Positions 20,347 through 29,870 of a DNA stretch of 42,262 nt are shown in pieces (positions within the stretch are counted from its first letter, which is position 1; each line of letters begins with the position of its first letter). Origin of the DNA: an uncultured Bdellovibrionales bacterium (GTDB taxonomy: Bacteria; Bdellovibrionota_C; UBA2361; CAYQVO01); assembly GCA_964421085.1 (NCBI GenBank), contig CAYQVO010000007.1, positions 20,284-62,545 of the forward strand, written 5' to 3'. A program made the translations under genes and the position numbers. The notes under the pieces were generated by a model. The model did no database searches and was not told the DNA's origin. It saw only the letters and a program-made list of their open reading frames with translations.

Positions 20347-21531
20347 TTACGGCACCGGCATTTTTTCAGGCATCTGTTCAGAAATAAATTCCAGTCCGGA
20401 TGCGCCGAGTCCGACGATACTGACTTTCTTGAAGGGAACCCTTCTGTTCGCACCGTATATGAAAGGACCTGTAACGCCTTCGAAATTTTCGAGCGACTGT
20501 ATTGAAGGTATTATCTTTTCGCACTCAAGTGAGCCGGCTCTCCGGGCTCCTTCCGTGAAAAGCATCACAGCGTCATACCCCAGAGCCGCGAAAGAGTTTT
20601 CAGGCTCCACGTTGAATCGCGCCCTGTATTTCGCGATGAAGTCCTGGACCCTTTGAGAAGGATTTGAGGGATGGATCCAGGCATGGGTGGTAAAATAAAC
20701 CTGGCCGATCTGAAGGGAACTCGACTGCCGGAGTTCGTCCGAGTCGAAGCTGTCCCCGCCGATTATCGGCGCCTTGATTCCTGCCGCGCGAAGCTGGCGG
20801 ATCACATATCCGGTGTTCACGGGCATTGACGCGACAAATACCACATCGGGTTTTGCGAGTGGGCCTTTCAGCTGGCGGGTAATAGGGACAAGCCTCGGAG
20901 GGTTTCCGACGTAGTAATAACTTCCAATGACCTCCCCCCCAAGTTCCTCAAATCGCTTTTTGAAATACCGGCTCAGCAGAACGGGGTAATCCTTCGTGTT
21001 TTCGTAAATAATGATCGCTCGTGGACCGAACTGGGCCTTTGCGAACTCCGCGGCGACGGCTGCCTGTGCGTTATCACCGAAAGCGGCAAGCAGGAGAGTC
21101 TTTCCTGAACCAAACCCGCCTGTAAGCCGCGGAGATGTGGCGCCAACTGAAATAAAGGGAAGATTGGCAGCCTGTACAATGGGATCAGCTGCGATCACCT
21201 GATCAGTATCCGAGAAACCGATGAATGCCGAGACTTTTTCGTACTGGATTAAAGACTCGACATTTCCCTGAATCTTCCTTGCTGTCGACGTGGTATCACG
21301 GACAATGAACTCCAGCTCACTGCCGGCCAGTCCCCCCTGTCTGTTCACCTCTTCAGCGGCAAGTTGTGCGCCTCTTGAAGCCGGTCCGTCAAGGGAAGCA
21401 AGCCTTCTGGTAAGATCAAAAACGCCCGCCACCCGGACAGGTCCGGAAATGTCAAAGAGGCCAGGCTTAAGAGCGCAGTCTGACAGCAGGGCAAGAGCAA
21501 GGAAAAGGGATGTCAACCGGATAATTTTCAT
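20347..21531 (-). CDS. ABC transporter substrate-binding protein, LivJ/K-like (periplasmic binding protein type 1), lipoprotein
   Basis: LALLSDC lipobox-like signal; GAQLAAEEVNRQGG, DNAQAAVAAEFA, IIGGDSFD, ALGYDAV, FEGVTG motifs. Confidence 0.88.
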   Translation of the reverse strand: MKIIRLTSLFLALALLSDCALKPGLFDISGPVRVAGVFDLTRRLASLDGPASRGAQLAAEEVNRQGGLAGSELEFIVRDTTSTARKIQGNVESLIQYEKVSAFIGFSDTDQVIAADPIVQAANLPFISVGATSPRLTGGFGSGKTLLLAAFGDNAQAAVAAEFAKAQFGPRAIIIYENTKDYPVLLSRYFKKRFEELGGEVIGSYYYVGNPPRLVPITRQLKGPLAKPDVVFVASMPVNTGYVIRQLRAAGIKAPIIGGDSFDSDELRQSSSLQIGQVYFTTHAWIHPSNPSQRVQDFIAKYRARFNVEPENSFAALGYDAVMLFTEGARRAGSLECEKIIPSIQSLENFEGVTGPFIYGANRRVPFKKVSIVGLGASGLEFISEQMPEKMPVP

Positions 21532-21641
21532 ACTGCTGATTGAATAGCAGGTCGCAGGGAAAAAATATAGTCCGGGAGGCGGGGTCGATAAATTACAGAT
21601 GGCCCTGGGACGGGTGTGTGCATCATAATAAGAGAGAGAAG

Positions 21642-23357
21642 ATGTCGAAGCCAAAGGACCTGAAAAGAAAGAATCGGTCCACGCCGATCAACACCGACGC
21701 CCTCGTTGAGCACGTAAAACGCTCGCTTCCTCTCGAGGTGGAGCTTCTCCGTCCGTACCGCTACCAGGTAGTGTTTCCCAGGGGTGTCTTTGATTTTCTC
21801 GTTCTGGATCTCTCGATTCCGCCGCACAAAGAAGAGGCGCTCAAATTCTGGAGAAAATATTTTCAGGAAAAGCACGGCATTTCGGTTTACATCCATCGCG
21901 CATCGAGCATCGCCAATCTCCGCAAAGAGATAAACGACATAGCCCAGGGAGCTCCGCTTCTGGTGCTGAAGCACGCATCGGCGATTCAATGGCGCATACG
22001 TCATTTTTACGGGGACGTGCCGAAGCTGAACGACCTGGTGAGGACGCTTGCGCCGCCGTCAAACGTCGAGGATCTCACTGATAAACCCTTTATCGCCATC
22101 GACGAAGAAGGAACAGCCGATCGCGAAGATGTCGTTTTCGCGAAGCGGCTTCGTAACGGGGAAATAAAGCTGTACGTGGGATTCGTTGATGTGAGCTGGT
22201 TTGTGAAGCCGGACACGGAGGTCGATCTTTATGCCCAGCGCGTTGCTCTCACGCTTTATGGATCGCGTCACGTCATTTCGACTCTTGGGCCCGATATCGC
22301 AAACGGTCCCGGAAGCTTCGTGCTGGGCGAGCCCCGCATAGCCTGGGTTGCGGAGCTTCATATCACCAGAGACGGGGACATCAAGAATGTGGAACGGCCG
22401 AAGGTTTACCGGGCGCTGGTAAAAGCTCATCAGCATCTCAGTCCTGCTCAGGTAAATGCCGTGTTGAACGGGAAAAAAACACGGAAAGGAACTCTTGGAG
22501 CGCTGGTTGATGCGGCGTCTTCGCTCAGGATGCACAGAGCCAGGATGAAGAGGCTTATCGAGATAACAGGAGAAGGGGCCGCAGGCGTGGTGCTGAGCGA
22601 ATGCATGATTGCCGGAAACTACGCCATCGCGAAATACCTTCTTTCTCCAGCGGTGCAGGCTCTTGGTGTTCACGCCATTTTCAAGGTGCACACGCCGCCA
22701 TCCCGGGAGATCAAGAAAGACCTGATGCACAAACTTGCTGCTCTGAGAATTTCCGCGAAGATAGCGGACTTCGACGATCCTCTCAAGTTTGCCGCGCTGC
22801 TCGAACGCCTGGAGCACTCCGGCACTTCGCAGGCGCGGGCTTTTTCAGCGCATCTTCTCGATATATTCCTCCTGCGATCTTCTTACGACACTATCAACAG
22901 CGGACATCATGGCGTCGGCAGGGAGGCGTACAGCAAGTTCAAGCCGAGAGAGGCCATTGGACTCTTCAATGCCTATCAGCTTGATGCCATCGACTGGATG
23001 TCGAGAAATGGAAACAAACCGTGTCCGGGTCATCAGCCGCTTACGCTGGACGAACTGAACCGCCGCGTGCGGGCCGCCAACAGAAAGCTCAGGGAGCACA
23101 CGAATGTGAACAGAAGGCTCCGTTTTTTTGAGAACATCGAGGAACGCCTCGGCTGGATCGGGCAGACTTTCAGAGGAAAGGTCGTGGAACTGAGAGATGA
23201 TGCATCTCTTTATGTAGACATCGCTCAGTTTACGAAGTGGGGATATGTTGCGCCTCCTGCTGCCGAAGCAGTGAGGCCTTCGGTCGGAGAAGAGATCGAG
23301 GTCCAGCTCGACGGATTCAATGTTGAGCGGATGAGGTTTCAGTTCACCCTGGGGTAG
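21642..23357 (+). CDS. RNB domain (RNase II/R family) protein with C-terminal S1-like domain, divergent
   Basis: EDLT..FIAIDEEGTADREDVV, VGFVDVSWFV, ECMIAGN, FKVH, GHHGVG; S1-like GQTFRGKV...VGEEIEVQL. Confidence 0.8.
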   Translation: MSKPKDLKRKNRSTPINTDALVEHVKRSLPLEVELLRPYRYQVVFPRGVFDFLVLDLSIPPHKEEALKFWRKYFQEKHGISVYIHRASSIANLRKEINDIAQGAPLLVLKHASAIQWRIRHFYGDVPKLNDLVRTLAPPSNVEDLTDKPFIAIDEEGTADREDVVFAKRLRNGEIKLYVGFVDVSWFVKPDTEVDLYAQRVALTLYGSRHVISTLGPDIANGPGSFVLGEPRIAWVAELHITRDGDIKNVERPKVYRALVKAHQHLSPAQVNAVLNGKKTRKGTLGALVDAASSLRMHRARMKRLIEITGEGAAGVVLSECMIAGNYAIAKYLLSPAVQALGVHAIFKVHTPPSREIKKDLMHKLAALRISAKIADFDDPLKFAALLERLEHSGTSQARAFSAHLLDIFLLRSSYDTINSGHHGVGREAYSKFKPREAIGLFNAYQLDAIDWMSRNGNKPCPGHQPLTLDELNRRVRAANRKLREHTNVNRRLRFFENIEERLGWIGQTFRGKVVELRDDASLYVDIAQFTKWGYVAPPAAEAVRPSVGEEIEVQLDGFNVERMRFQFTLG

Positions 23358-23379
23358 CTTTTTTCCCCGGCAGGACCAG

Positions 23380-24189
23380 TCAAATCATCTCGTAATACGC
23401 CACCGCTCCGTACCCCACAACCCGGGTCTTGTCCCCGCTGACATCGCCGGAATTCCGGTACTGAACAAGACTGCTTTTCCATCTTCTGGTCTTTGCTGTC
23501 TGAATCAGAATCAACGCGGCCGGAAGTCCGCACGCTTCCGCATGCTGCGCGCGCATAATGTCCATCGCCACGAAAGCATCAAGGCACTCCTCATCCAGTT
23601 TTACCGCCTCAGAGTAAGGGTAATAGTGCGAGAGATCAGAACTCACAATCAAGGCGGTCGAGTCGTCGATGAATGGAGAGACTGCACCCGCTGCCGCGGC
23701 GATGTCGTGCATGTTTGTCGAGCCTGTCACTATCGGAATGATTTCGAAATCCGTGAACATATGCTGCAGAAACGGAAGGTGCACTTCTATTATGTGAGAA
23801 TCGTGAGCCTCAGGAATTTCCGAAAATACCGGATTCTTCAAAAGCTCATCTGCTGCCGTTGAAACAGGAACTTCCCCGAGAGGTGTCGCAAAAGCATCTG
23901 CACCCGGCAGGGCGAACCTGAAGGGCCTGTTAATCCTGTTGTGAAGGGCGCCGATGATAAAGAACCGCTTCAGGGTCCGGGGAAGTGTCGCATATCCGGA
24001 GGCCGCAACCTGGCCCGAATACTGATAACCGGCGTGCGGAACTATCAGACCATGGACAGAGCCTTCAATCGACACGGTCTCAGCTCTATCCAGGAACTGT
24101 TGGATCTGTTTTGAAAGTTCCTCCGGGTCCGAGGGATAAAAGGAGCCTGAAACTCGAGGGGGGCGTATTGCAGGAGAGGATATGCTCAT
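23380..24189 (-). CDS. amrB: AmmeMemoRadiSam system protein B (MEMO1 family)
   Basis: RPPRVSGSFYP, PHAGYQYSG, SSDLSHY, ACG, YRNSGD, VVGYGA motifs. Confidence 0.92.
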   Translation of the reverse strand: MSISSPAIRPPRVSGSFYPSDPEELSKQIQQFLDRAETVSIEGSVHGLIVPHAGYQYSGQVAASGYATLPRTLKRFFIIGALHNRINRPFRFALPGADAFATPLGEVPVSTAADELLKNPVFSEIPEAHDSHIIEVHLPFLQHMFTDFEIIPIVTGSTNMHDIAAAAGAVSPFIDDSTALIVSSDLSHYYPYSEAVKLDEECLDAFVAMDIMRAQHAEACGLPAALILIQTAKTRRWKSSLVQYRNSGDVSGDKTRVVGYGAVAYYEMI

Positions 24190-24301
24190 CGAGTCATGAT
24201 ATACCAGTTTCATCGCAGACACACACGGGATCATCCGGTTTTCACGGTGTGGTTGATGCCCCGCAAACCTGTTAAAATCACTTCTGGAAAGGAAAGAGAC
24301 T

Positions 24302-25357
24302 ATGAGTGCAGGGTTCAGAGGAGTCGGGGCGGATGTCTCGTCAAAATGGGTCCGCGAAGCTGACTGGTACACCCCGAATGAAATTTCAGACGACGGCCCC
24401 GTCCAGTGCGAACTATGTCCGCACGGATGTCTTCTGCAGGACGGGGACAGGGGATACTGCCGGGTGAGAGTGTCGGAGAATGGGAAGCTTTATACGGTCG
24501 CATTTGGAAATCCGTGCGCTGTACACGTGGATCCCATTGAGAAGAAGCCTTTCTACCATTTTCTTCCCTCGAGCCGCGCCTTTTCTATTGCGACTGCAGG
24601 ATGCAATCTGCACTGTCTCAACTGTCAGAACTGGGAGATATCCCAGTCGCGCCCGGAAGATGTCATGAATTCGGATATGCCGCCGGAAGCTGTAATCAGA
24701 GAGGCAATTAAGAGCGGATGTCCTTCGATTGCCTACACGTACACCGAACCTCTCGTGTATTATGAGTATACGTACGAAACGGCGTCAAAGGCTAAAGAGA
24801 AGGGGATCAGAAATCTTCTTGTGACTGCCGGATATATAAACCCGGATCCGCTCAGAAAACTGTGCAGGGTTGTAGACGGAGCAAACGTGGATCTGAAAGG
24901 GTTCGACGAGCAGATTTATAAAAAGCTGAATGCGGCAACGTTGAAGCCTGTCCTTAAAACTCTCGAGATAATGCGGGAAGAGGGTGTGTGGATCGAAGTG
25001 GGGAATCTTATAGTTCCTTCTCTTTCCGACGATCCTGAAAACATCCGGAAACTGTGCAGGTGGATTGTCGAGCATCTCGGGCCTTCAACGCCTCTGCATT
25101 TTCTGCGCTTCCACCCGACATACCGTCTTCAGCAGCTGCCCCCGACTCCGGCTGCAACAATGGTGCGCGCGCGGGAGATCGCGATGGAAGAGGGACTTCA
25201 CTTTGTTTATGCTGGAAATGCGCCCGAACTGATGCAGGATACTATCTGCCCGGAGTGTTCAGCGCATGTCATAGAGCGTGAAGGATTCTATACGGCCGCA
25301 GCCCATATGAAAAATGGGAGGTGCCTGTGCGGATGCGGGATCGCCGGAGTCTGGTAA
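24302..25357 (+). CDS. amrS: AmmeMemoRadiSam system radical SAM enzyme
   Basis: CELCPHGC, DPIEKKP, GCNLHCLNCQNWEIS (CxxxCxxC), AYTYTEP, NVDLK, RFHP, YAGN motifs. Confidence 0.93.
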   Translation: MSAGFRGVGADVSSKWVREADWYTPNEISDDGPVQCELCPHGCLLQDGDRGYCRVRVSENGKLYTVAFGNPCAVHVDPIEKKPFYHFLPSSRAFSIATAGCNLHCLNCQNWEISQSRPEDVMNSDMPPEAVIREAIKSGCPSIAYTYTEPLVYYEYTYETASKAKEKGIRNLLVTAGYINPDPLRKLCRVVDGANVDLKGFDEQIYKKLNAATLKPVLKTLEIMREEGVWIEVGNLIVPSLSDDPENIRKLCRWIVEHLGPSTPLHFLRFHPTYRLQQLPPTPAATMVRAREIAMEEGLHFVYAGNAPELMQDTICPECSAHVIEREGFYTAAAHMKNGRCLCGCGIAGVW

Positions 25358-25474
25358 AAGTGCGGCTCACATGCTCTTCCTCATGCGAATAAAGTCCAGC
25401 TGAAGCGGCAGACCGGCTGACCTTTTGTGCAAAGACGGTTCTCCGGGAATGAACCAGTGTCTCTTATTTTTCGC

Positions 25475-25500
25475 TCAAGTCCTGCCGAATCCGGACCGAC
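25475..25500 (+). promoter_or_regulatory. possible sigma28-type promoter upstream of the ORF at 25640
   Basis: TCAAG-N15-ACCGAC; same spacing as the site upstream of the FlgM-like gene. Confidence 0.35.
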
Positions 25501-25639
25501 TTTTCATTCATCAGAGATGAGGGAGTTTTTCTAAGACAATAGCGTCTATTATTACCGGACGCACCTGGTGCCCCCAGTCAGTCAGGCAGCTCCTCTCCAT
25601 TCTGCTGTGATTTAAGGAACTGGATACAAGAGGTATTGT

Positions 25640-25987
25640 ATGAATTCGAAGTCGACCCAGAGCCGAAGCATGAATGCTCTTATCGTCGAGAGTCCCGACG
25701 AATTCGTGATCGCTCTCGAGGCTTTTACGGGCAACGGCGCGAGCGCCTCTCCCCGGCGCCTTCGGACTGAAGAAGCCCGCGGCATTGTCGATCTCATTGT
25801 GAAGACCGAAACGCTCGGAAAGGAACACCTCGAGCGAATCCGCTGTGTGGCGATGCGCTCATCGGAATTCTGCTGGGATCAGGACGAGGATGCCGGCCTT
25901 CAGTCGATCGAGTTTAGACGCGTTGCGCGGCTCTACGAAAGTATTGCCCGGACAGCCGAGCGGAAACTGGCGGTCATCGGAAGCTGA
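25640..25987 (+). CDS. hypothetical protein
   Basis: 115-aa helical ORF with AGAGG RBS. Confidence 0.6.
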   Translation: MNSKSTQSRSMNALIVESPDEFVIALEAFTGNGASASPRRLRTEEARGIVDLIVKTETLGKEHLERIRCVAMRSSEFCWDQDEDAGLQSIEFRRVARLYESIARTAERKLAVIGS

Positions 25988-26039
25988 TTACCGCATTATC
26001 CGCTTGCGCGGAGCGGAAAACCCTGAAAAACTGGAGAAC

Positions 26040-26465
26040 ATGAAAGCCCGATTTTGCTCTTTATTCGCCGCTCTTTTACTGATCACATGCGCACATGCTC
26101 TCGCTGAAGAGCATGCAGCATCATCACCTGCTCTCTCGCCCGGACAGCAGGCGCAGCAGGTTCTCGATCTGTTCGACAAGGATGGAGACGGAAGGCTGAA
26201 CAAGGACGAGTACGCCCACGGCACTGTAAGAGTGTTCGAGTCCATGGATAAAGATGACGACATTTCACTGAGCAGTTCGGAACTCATTCACCATGACGAT
26301 GCCGATCTGAAAAAATCCGATACAGACGCGGATTCCGAGCTTTCTTTCACGGAGATTCTGAAGCATCAGGAAAAGGCTTTTGACGATAAGGATAAGGATG
26401 ACGATAAGCATTTGTCCAGGGGGGAAATCGAAGGTTATATCAGGGAAAAGCTCGAAAAAAAGTAA
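26040..26465 (+). CDS. exported EF-hand calcium-binding protein (4 loops)
   Basis: Signal peptide (AHALA); loops DKDGDGRLNKDE, DKDDDISLSSSE, DTDADSELSFTE, DKDDDKHLSRGE; GGAG RBS. Confidence 0.85.
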   Translation: MKARFCSLFAALLLITCAHALAEEHAASSPALSPGQQAQQVLDLFDKDGDGRLNKDEYAHGTVRVFESMDKDDDISLSSSELIHHDDADLKKSDTDADSELSFTEILKHQEKAFDDKDKDDDKHLSRGEIEGYIREKLEKK

Positions 26466-27213
26466 TTTACTTCTCCTGACTCTCTCCTTTGCGGTCGTTT
26501 TTTACGGCTGCTCATCGGCCACGGCGAAAAAACCGCCGGCCGCATGGAATTCCGCCGGCAAGTTCCTTCAGCACGAATCTGAAATGAAAGCTCAACCCAA
26601 AGACGCTCCGTTCTACTGGATGTGGACGGATCGGGCCCCGGAAATTGCGTCTCTTCGCGCAGATTATCACACTGTCGTTGTTCCGCCTGTCGATCTTACG
26701 CCGCTGGGGAAGGTTTCAGAGGACGACTTCGCGATCGGAAAACTCTTTCACGAGGATATTGTCAAAGCCATCGGCGCTAATCCCGCGCCCGGACTTCAGG
26801 TCGCCGACGATCCCGGAAGCGGCGCCTTCGTCGTTCAGGCGGCGATTCTTGATCTGACAGCCACCAAAGCAGCATTGAACGCCGTCACGTCTGTCGCGGG
26901 ATTTTTCATCCCGGGCGCCGCGCTTGTGTCAACGGCCATATCCGCGGGCGCCGGAGCTGCAGCGGGAGCAGCCGCAAAAGGTGACTGCGCGGTCGGCATT
27001 CAGATTAAAAACAGTGTGAACAACGAAATTCTCCTTGAGGCTGCGGATTACAGAGATGACGAATCCGCGCTTCTTTTCGACGCAAAAAGTTTTTCCCAGT
27101 ACGGGCACACCCGGGAGTCGCTGGCTCAGTGGGCGAATGCCGTGCCCTGGCTTTTCGACCGGGGCGTGAAAGTGGGCAGGCGTGATTCACTGTCCCTGGT
27201 GAAAATCTGGTGA
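26398..27213 (+). CDS. DUF3313-like lipoprotein
   Basis: VVFYGC lipobox; VVVPPVD, QAAILDL, Ala/Gly-rich segment, DSxxxE-like KNSVNNEILLEAAD, WA near the C-terminus; start uncertain. Confidence 0.65.
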   Translation: MTISICPGGKSKVISGKSSKKSNLLLLTLSFAVVFYGCSSATAKKPPAAWNSAGKFLQHESEMKAQPKDAPFYWMWTDRAPEIASLRADYHTVVVPPVDLTPLGKVSEDDFAIGKLFHEDIVKAIGANPAPGLQVADDPGSGAFVVQAAILDLTATKAALNAVTSVAGFFIPGAALVSTAISAGAGAAAGAAAKGDCAVGIQIKNSVNNEILLEAADYRDDESALLFDAKSFSQYGHTRESLAQWANAVPWLFDRGVKVGRRDSLSLVKIW

Positions 27214-27891
27214 GAGAGTAAGAACGCCCCTCTCTGTGTTTCTCTTCGCGGAAACAGGGAACGGAAATCTATCAAGCTGAACGCACAGTTCAAAATCACC
27301 GGGCGGGCTCCAGGTTTGTGCCGGATCGAAAAAACGCGCGGAACACGGAGATGCTCTGAGGATGGAAGGTACTGCGGAAGCATCAAAAGGCTCGTCAAGC
27401 AGGAGCGCTTTGAGGTAGGCCGCACAGATGTCGTCTTCATCAGTCCTTCTTTCCGCTTCGAACCCCATTCGGACAAGAGTCACAACTTCAGGATTTTTCT
27501 TTCTAATCCAGGAAGCAGTGGCCGCTGCATTTACAAGGCTCCCTGTCAGGATTCCGTCTGCGTTGACGGCGTTTACGATCCCCTGAGTTCCGGCATGTGT
27601 GGTGTGAACAAGGACGCGGCCTTTGAGATCGGCCTCGACAATTTCTGAGGGGGAATTCCCGAAATCAAATCCGTCGACTTTCCGCCCATGCCTCTCACCA
27701 GTCAAAAGCACATCCGGGTCCTTGTTTCTCCAGTCAAGGGCTTCCTCAATTGTGCCGACGGGGATAATTTCCTCCGCGCCCTGGCCGAACGCGTAGCAGA
27801 CCACGGAAAATGCGCGGAATACGTCTATAATGACGGTAATTCCGCGGGCTTCTTTTGCGCCTGCGACAAAATCCAGAACCTCGACTCTCAT
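27187..27891 (-). CDS. comB: 2-phosphosulfolactate phosphatase family protein
   Basis: VIIDVFRA, GERHG, FDFGNSP, TTHAGT, EDDICA motifs. Confidence 0.9.
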   Translation of the reverse strand: MRVEVLDFVAGAKEARGITVIIDVFRAFSVVCYAFGQGAEEIIPVGTIEEALDWRNKDPDVLLTGERHGRKVDGFDFGNSPSEIVEADLKGRVLVHTTHAGTQGIVNAVNADGILTGSLVNAAATASWIRKKNPEVVTLVRMGFEAERRTDEDDICAAYLKALLLDEPFDASAVPSILRASPCSARFFDPAQTWSPPGDFELCVQLDRFPFPVSAKRNTERGVLTLSPDFHQGQ

Positions 27892-28223
27892 TTGAATATC
27901 TTCGCGCCCGACTCGAGCTTCTTCCTCAAAGCCCCGCACATCAGTTCACACAACTGAGGTATACATGAATCGCTGATCTGATAATAGACATGAAGCTTGT
28001 CTTTTCTCCGCGAAATGAGGCCGGCTCTGGAGAGCGTCTGGAGATGGCGGGAAACATTCGCCTGGGAAAGTCCTGTTTTTTCCGTGAGTTCTCCGACGCT
28101 TTTTTCCGTATTGGAGATGCACATAAGGAGCCGGAGGCGGCTTGCGTCGGCAAGCGCCTTGAAACGCTCGGCGACAAGTTCAAGGGCGTCCTGATTCAGC
28201 TGGTTGAGCGGTTTTTTAAGCAT
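27888..28223 (-). CDS. ArsR/SmtB family regulator, BigR/SqrR-like
   Basis: FKALADASRLRLLMC, SVGEL, SQANVSRHL, YYQI; Cys in helix 2 and C-terminal CELMC. Confidence 0.9.
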   Translation of the reverse strand: MLKKPLNQLNQDALELVAERFKALADASRLRLLMCISNTEKSVGELTEKTGLSQANVSRHLQTLSRAGLISRRKDKLHVYYQISDSCIPQLCELMCGALRKKLESGAKIFK

Positions 28224-28231
28224 ATCGACAC

Positions 28232-28260
28232 TTGACTATATGCATAGTCACAAATATAGT
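28232..28260 (+). promoter_or_regulatory. sigma70 promoter with overlapping palindromic operator (likely ArsR site)
   Basis: TTGACT-N17-TATAGT; perfect inverted repeat TGACTAT-atgc-ATAGTCA at 28233-28250 overlapping the -35 box. Confidence 0.75.
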
Positions 28261-28325
28261 GCTGCATGTCAATGGAGACGATCAGGTTTTTGTCCGGAGT
28301 GGTGAATTTTTCAGGAGAGACCGTT

Positions 28326-28538
28326 ATGAAACTTGAATCCGCAATTCGTATTCCAGCAGGCACGCTTGTGCTCCCTGGTTTGGCGCTTTCATATTTTGTA
28401 AATCCCTGGTGGCAGCTTCTCCCTGTATTTGTCGGGGTGAATCTGATTCAATCGGCATTTACAGGCTTTTGTCCGGCAGAGATTGTCCTCAAAAAGATGG
28501 GGGTGGGCAGGAAGAGTGACTGCTGCTGCTGCGGATGA
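28326..28538 (+). CDS. YgaP/DUF2892 family membrane protein
   Basis: IR..AGTLVL...FVGVNLIQSAFTGFCP motif; AGGAG RBS; C-terminal CCCCG. Confidence 0.88.
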   Translation: MKLESAIRIPAGTLVLPGLALSYFVNPWWQLLPVFVGVNLIQSAFTGFCPAEIVLKKMGVGRKSDCCCCG

Positions 28539-28568
28539 CCGCCGATAAGCCAGGCTGGAGGTGAAAAA

Positions 28569-29855
28569 GTGAAAAGACTCATATCTCTCATGCTGTTTGT
28601 GCTGCTGCCGTCGGCCGGATCAGCCGAAAGCTGGACCCTCGATAAAGCTCTCGCCCGCGCGCTTGCTCACAGCCCTGATGCTGTTATTGCGGAGCATCGA
28701 ATTGCAGCCGCCCGCGCCGGACTGGAGCAGGCAAATTCCGCGTTCTATCCGCGCCTGCAGGCGCAGGCCGGCTACATGTGGACGAATAATCCCGTGACCG
28801 TTTTCGGCGCCATCCTGAATCAGAAGGCTTTTACGCCCGACCTCAACTTCAATGATGTCCCGGATGTGGACAACTTTAATATGAAAGGAGCGGTGCAGTG
28901 GTACTTATATAACGGGGGGCGGAACCTGGCCAACGCGGATGCGGCAAAATCAAATGAGGCATCGGCAAAAATGGACGCGGAGGCGATCCGGAACACTCTT
29001 GCGTTCGAAGTTTCGCGGGCGTTCTTCACAGTGTGGAAGACCCGGGAGTTCATCAAGGCCGGCGAGGCGGCTGTCAATTCGTTCGAGAACAGCCTTTCAG
29101 TGGCGAACCGGAGACTTGTTCAGCAGACTATACTTCAGTCCGAAGTTCTCGACGTGGAAGTCCGGTTGAGTCAGGCACGCGAGGATCTTATCAGAGCGAA
29201 AAATGCAAAAGAGCTTTCCGAGCGTGTTCTCAAAAATCTTCTTGGAATTGAAGAGATGAATTTCCAGGTATCGGAAGAGATACCTGTACTGATCACTCCT
29301 GCACAGTCGGAAGCAGGAAACCGCCCTGAAATCCGGAGCGTAAAGCATATGGAGGAAGCTGCCATTGCAAAGAGAAGAGCCGCGAAGGGTGGATATATTC
29401 CCAGGGTCAGCGCTTTTTCGAGTGTCGACTATAACAGGGGCTGGGAACTTGATGGAGACGGCACAAGTTACACTGCAGGACTGCAGGCGGAATGGGACAT
29501 ATTCGACGGGTTCAAAACGCGGGGCCAGGTCCGCGAGGCTGAGGCGGCTCTGAATACCGCCCGTGAAATGGAGCGTAAACTTCGTCTTGGAATCGACCTG
29601 GAGAAAGAACGGGCTCGTCTTAACCTCGAGGAGGCGGAGCAGAGAGTCACCGTTACGGAAAAGGCCATCAAACAGGCGGAGGAGAGCGCAGGTCTTACAA
29701 AGGCGCGTTTCAACGAGGGACTTGTTATTACGACTCAGTTGATTGACGCCGAGGTGGCTCTTACGGCTGCGCGAGTAAGAAATGCCGAGGCGAGGGCTGA
29801 TCGTCTGATTGCGGTTGCGGCCCTCAGGAAGGCGTATGGACTGCAGGTTATTTAA
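28569..29855 (+). CDS. TolC family outer-membrane efflux protein
   Basis: GTG start with GGAGG RBS; signal peptide; two OEP repeats (FYPRL, YIPRV, WDIFDG). Confidence 0.9.
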   Translation: MKRLISLMLFVLLPSAGSAESWTLDKALARALAHSPDAVIAEHRIAAARAGLEQANSAFYPRLQAQAGYMWTNNPVTVFGAILNQKAFTPDLNFNDVPDVDNFNMKGAVQWYLYNGGRNLANADAAKSNEASAKMDAEAIRNTLAFEVSRAFFTVWKTREFIKAGEAAVNSFENSLSVANRRLVQQTILQSEVLDVEVRLSQAREDLIRAKNAKELSERVLKNLLGIEEMNFQVSEEIPVLITPAQSEAGNRPEIRSVKHMEEAAIAKRRAAKGGYIPRVSAFSSVDYNRGWELDGDGTSYTAGLQAEWDIFDGFKTRGQVREAEAALNTAREMERKLRLGIDLEKERARLNLEEAEQRVTVTEKAIKQAEESAGLTKARFNEGLVITTQLIDAEVALTAARVRNAEARADRLIAVAALRKAYGLQVI

Positions 29856-29870
29856 GCGGAGACTTGAAAG

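Noticed and set aside
21566-21591. TATAG-N13-GTCGATAA upstream of the RNB gene as a fourth sigma28 site
   Set aside because: Spacing is 2 nt shorter than at the other three sites.
26380-26410. gacgataag/gataag repeats
   Set aside because: They simply encode the Asp/Lys-rich EF-hand loop.
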